DNA of 64,000 nt from Vicugna vicugna (lineage: Eukaryota): positions 7,868,990-7,932,989 of the forward strand of contig MU059330.1 of the NCBI GenBank assembly GCA_013265495.1. The letters are read 5' to 3'. Position 1 is the stretch's first letter. Every line of letters begins with the position of its first letter. A program made the translations under genes and the position numbers. Below, piece after piece: positions 60,421-64,000 of the stretch. Under the pieces are notes generated by a model. The model made no database searches and had not been told where the DNA came from. It saw only the letters and a list, made by a program, of their open reading frames with translations.

Positions 60421-61549
60421 AGTCCGGGCCCAGACTCGGGCCCTTCCCCAACTATAGTGGGTGACACCCTCTCCACCTAGTGCACCAACTGGAAATCTAG
60501 AAACAGTTCTCACTACAGGCCCCTCCCCACAGCCCCACCCCCAGTCCAGCCACACTAAACAATCCAGATTTAATAACCTGGCCCTAAGCTTCCTCTCTGA
60601 TCTCACCAATTATTGTCCTTCGGGCCACTTCTGTGTCACAAAGACCAAATGGATTTTCATTTTCGGGCCTTTGATGTCTCTGTTGCAGGAAATCCCTTTC
60701 TTCCCTTTGACTTTGTTTCTTGGGTCTCAGTTCAAACGTTGCCCCGCAGAGGGACTTCCCTGACCCAGGGCTGCTGCAAACCTCTGTTCTCTATCACATC
60801 CTCTGCTTTTTATTTTCCCCACAGTTTGTAACCCTACCCGAGATGGCCTTGTTTGTTGGATTTTGTGCTTATGGTCATTCTTTCTTGAGAACAGGGAAGA
60901 CCATGACTGTCTCATTCGCTGTTGAGTCTTCTGTGTCTAGAGTGGCATTGGCACCTAGCAGATACTTTACATTTGAAGCATCTCCAGGATCTTTGCCATA
61001 TTCCCTCTCCAGCCCCATCACCTTATGTCTCAACTGGATTGACAGTGGGAGACACCTCACAAAGAAACGAACTTTGAATCGTGCGGGCTTGAATCTGCTA
61101 GAGTGATCATTTATTTTCAAGCCGACCTGTAGGGAGAAGGCCATGCAGGTCCCAGAGAGTCTGGTGCTTTCTGAAAACTAGAAGAACCCACCCAACTTAA
61201 AGAGTAGGGGGCAGTTAATACAAGGCTGAGGAATTAATATGAATGTTAAATAAACAAATTCCATATCCTATAATAAACACTTTCTTTAGATTTAATGAAC
61301 AATGCACTATTTCACATGCTGTGAGCCCTTCACATGCTTTCAAATTAAAGATTGAATTCCTGGGATGTTAAGTGAGAAATATACAGATTGGGATTGAAGT
61401 ATTTGGGGAAGCTTCTTGCTTTCTTTTGGTAAATATGACGAGACAGATTTACACAGATTTCAATTTAATTAAGATGTTTCCCCTCTACCTTAACAGGACT
61501 CTTTCTTTACCTTGCCCCAGCGGTTGAGGAACGTACATGGTTCCTGCCA

Positions 61550-61860
61550 ACTACTGTTACTGCCTACTGCTACCATTAGTACTGCTACTTGCAACTAGTG
61601 CAATACAACAATTGCTGCTCTACTAAGCTTACTATGACGGTGATTCCCGTTACTGCTACTACTGCTAAAATCGCTGCTACTAGTACAATTGCTATGACTA
61701 TGACAATTACTATCACCACTACAGTTACTACTACAATTACTACTACAATTACTACTACAATTACTACCGCCACTACAATTACTACTACAATTACTACCGC
61801 CACTACAATTACTACTACAATTACTACCGCCACTACAATTACTACCGCGACTGCTACTGC
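61550..61860. repeat. Triplet-phased (ACT-rich) degenerate repeat with a VNTR core of 12-mer ACTACTACAATT and 18-mer ACTACCGCCACTACAATT units
   Basis: Read directly. Confidence 0.95.
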
Positions 61861-61983
61861 TACAGTTACTCCTGTTGCTGTACTGACTACCGGTGCTACT
61901 GTGATGACTGCTACCACTATTGCTGCCTCCGATGGTGACTGATCCTATGGTTCTTCTACAGACCATAGGCTTCTTTCCATCCA

Positions 61984-62156
61984 NNNNNNNNNNNNNNNNN
62001 NNNNNNNNNNNNNNNNNNNNNNNNNNNNNNNNNNNNNNNNNNNNNNNNNNNNNNNNNNNNNNNNNNNNNNNNNNNNNNNNNNNNNNNNNNNNNNNNNNNN
62101 NNNNNNNNNNNNNNNNNNNNNNNNNNNNNNNNNNNNNNNNNNNNNNNNNNNNNNNN
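61984..62156. other. Assembly gap (173 N)
   Basis: Read directly. Confidence 1.
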
Positions 62157-62476
62157 TACCGCCACTACAATTACTACTACAATTACTACTACAATTACTA
62201 CCGCCACTACAATTACTACCGCCACTACAATTACTACTACAATTACTACTACAATTACTACCGCCACTACAATTACTACTACAGTTACTACCGCCACTAC
62301 AATTACTACTACAATTACTACCGCCACTACAATTACTACCGCGACTGCTACTGCTACAGTTACTCCTGTTGCTGTACTGACTACCGGTGCTACTGTGATG
62401 ACTGCTACCACTATTGCTGCCTCCGATGGTGACTGATCCTATGGTTCTTCTACAGACCATAGGCTTCTTTCCATCC
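62157..62476. repeat. Second copy of the VNTR and its 3' flank
   Basis: 62340-62476 is identical to 61847-61983; the array is longer here. Confidence 0.95.
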
Positions 62477-62524
62477 AAGGTCCCACTTCAGTTCCTTTGT
62501 GGGTAGAATATTTTTTCTCTCTTT

Positions 62525-62655
62525 TTTGTTTTTTAAATTTTTGTTTGGAATAATTATAGGTTCACAAGAATAAAAAAAAATGTACAGGGAGGTCCCAGTT
62601 GCCCCTTATATCACGCAACTCTAGTACAATATCAAAATCAGGAAACCAACATTAG
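62525..62655 (-). mobile_element. L1MB-type 3' end fragment
   Basis: ggaataattataggttcacaag...tacagggaggtccc...tagtacaatatcaaaatcaggaaa. Confidence 0.7.
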
Positions 62656-63874
62656 AGATTCTTTTAATTTCAATCAAAGTTCTTATCAATTTTTTCAAAT
62701 AAATTTTATCTCCACCATAGTCCATATATATATTCCAATGAGAAAGAGGTGCACAATTTATTGATTGTTAGATGATAATATGATTAATTCTCATGAAATT
62801 TGTAACATATCTTGTTATAGGTGGCACCTTTCTGTGTTTTCATCATTTTATTGTCTCATCCTGTGAGCAAATCTTTGATTTGAAATGGATAACACTAGTA
62901 CAAAATAAAAGGTAATATGTGAGGGTCTGGAGTCTTTGGCTGGGCTATCATTTCTTTGTTTTTTCTTTATACTTTTTGGTGGTTTCTGGGTGTTACAATA
63001 TCAGATATTGTATTGGCTCATGCCATTGTATAACATAAAACCTTGAAATGCTGCCTTGCAGTGGGGCAAATTTTTAATGCGTCAGTATTTTATTAACATG
63101 GCAAAACTGAAATAAAGCACAATTTCGTCTAACTGAAGCTGTGCTGCTGTTTGCTAGGAAGTGATTGGACTCTACGGCTTGTCTCCTGCTCTCTCAGTAG
63201 GAAACCAGAACCACACCCGCTGGAGGGGGACTCAAGTGAAGGAATTTCTAGGTAGCAGCAATGCTCTGCCCTGGAGCCAGTTAGATGAATTTTTTTGTGG
63301 AGTCTTCCTTTAGAAGTCAGCAAAGAGGTTTCTCTTCATCTGTGCAGAATGGCCACAGACAAAGGGGCCTCACAAGACCCCTTTCAAGCTTCATGAATTT
63401 CTTACTGTAGTTTTCCAGGCATAAGGCACGACCTGAAGCATTCATTTGGTCATTCTGATTGCTCCAGTAATCTGGTCAGACATTTCACTAAGGAGCACTG
63501 TCATGGCCTCATTCTTCGTATTTTCCCTCCTGGTAGTCACATTGCTTCACCTCGGGGAGCTGGTGTGGGGAACAAGCGGGAAGCACCCTTAGCACACGAG
63601 CTTGTCATTTAGCAGCAAGAGACCCAGCGGACGCAGACCAGACTGTTGCTGAAAGGGTCCACCTGACATGGGAGCTGTGTGGTGACCAGAGAGCTTGAAC
63701 TCATTGACTCACTACGCACATTCTTACCCCTGGCTGCCTTTCCGCATACAGCAAAAATGCCAGTGCTTGGACTCCACGAAGACCAGTTATGTTATAGTCT
63801 CCAGGAAATGAGGGCTAGGCATCAGCACTGAAAAAAACACAGACAGAATTTCAGGTGCACCGTCGGGGCTGAGA

Positions 63875-63895
63875 GCCACTGACCAAGGTGCTGAA
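63875..63895 (-). promoter_or_regulatory. RE1/NRSE (REST-binding)-like element
   Basis: Minus strand TTCAGCACCTTGGTCAGTGGC versus canonical TTCAGCACCACGGACAGCGCC: 16/21, left half-site perfect, canonical 2-nt spacing. Confidence 0.5.
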
Positions 63896-64000
63896 AATAC
63901 CATATCCTTAGTGAAATAAATTGTGCTGCGTTTGGATTCTTTTAGTAAAGGATTAGGCTAAGCAGACTGATACGCACTGTAAAGGAGCGATCAGGAATGG

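Noticed and set aside
60985-61130. Sequence ending ttattttcaagccgacc, resembling the 3' end of the 57920-58398 LTR
   Set aside because: Similarity is limited to ~15 terminal bases; I could not define an element or TSD.
61944-61969. 8-bp-stem hairpin CCTATGGT...ACCATAGG
   Set aside because: Too short for a pre-miRNA and at chance frequency.
61585-62478. Minus-strand Val/Ile-rich and Ser/Asn/Cys-rich ORFs and the plus-strand Tyr/Asn ORF
   Set aside because: Automatic products of a stop-free triplet-phased repeat, some extended through Ns.
1-64000. CRISPR arrays, tRNA/rRNA/snRNA/snoRNA genes, operon-like systems
   Set aside because: No repeat-spacer array or recognisable structural RNA seen; the DNA is mammalian and repeat-dominated.

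Overview
This is eutherian nuclear DNA, intronic or intergenic in character and dense in interspersed repeats: L1, L2, MIR, MaLR/ERVL/ERV1 LTRs and hAT/TcMar DNA transposons. I recognise no host protein-coding gene, RNA gene or CRISPR array. The only confident protein-coding sequence is an uninterrupted LINE-1 ORF2 endonuclease domain on the minus strand, running off the left edge; the ORF track misses it because it has no stop in the window. The young L1 3'UTR type, and the absence of Alu, B1, Bov-tA/A2, PRE-1 or Can-SINE, point to a laurasiatherian, most plausibly a camelid (inference). There are two N gaps (46465-46612, 61984-62156), and the second is flanked by a duplicated Thr-coding VNTR that looks like an assembly artefact. 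The best unexplained signals are: a 51-bp ungapped dispersed repeat pair with a STAT-type core (14387 and 18343); several strong splice-site pairs suggesting a non-coding plus-strand transcript; short CpG-rich patches, one built on an L2 relic; a near-consensus CTCF site; and an RE1/REST-like site. Repeat family names come from recalled consensus sequences, not a database run, and boundaries of old elements are approximate. I found no convincing novel multi-component system.
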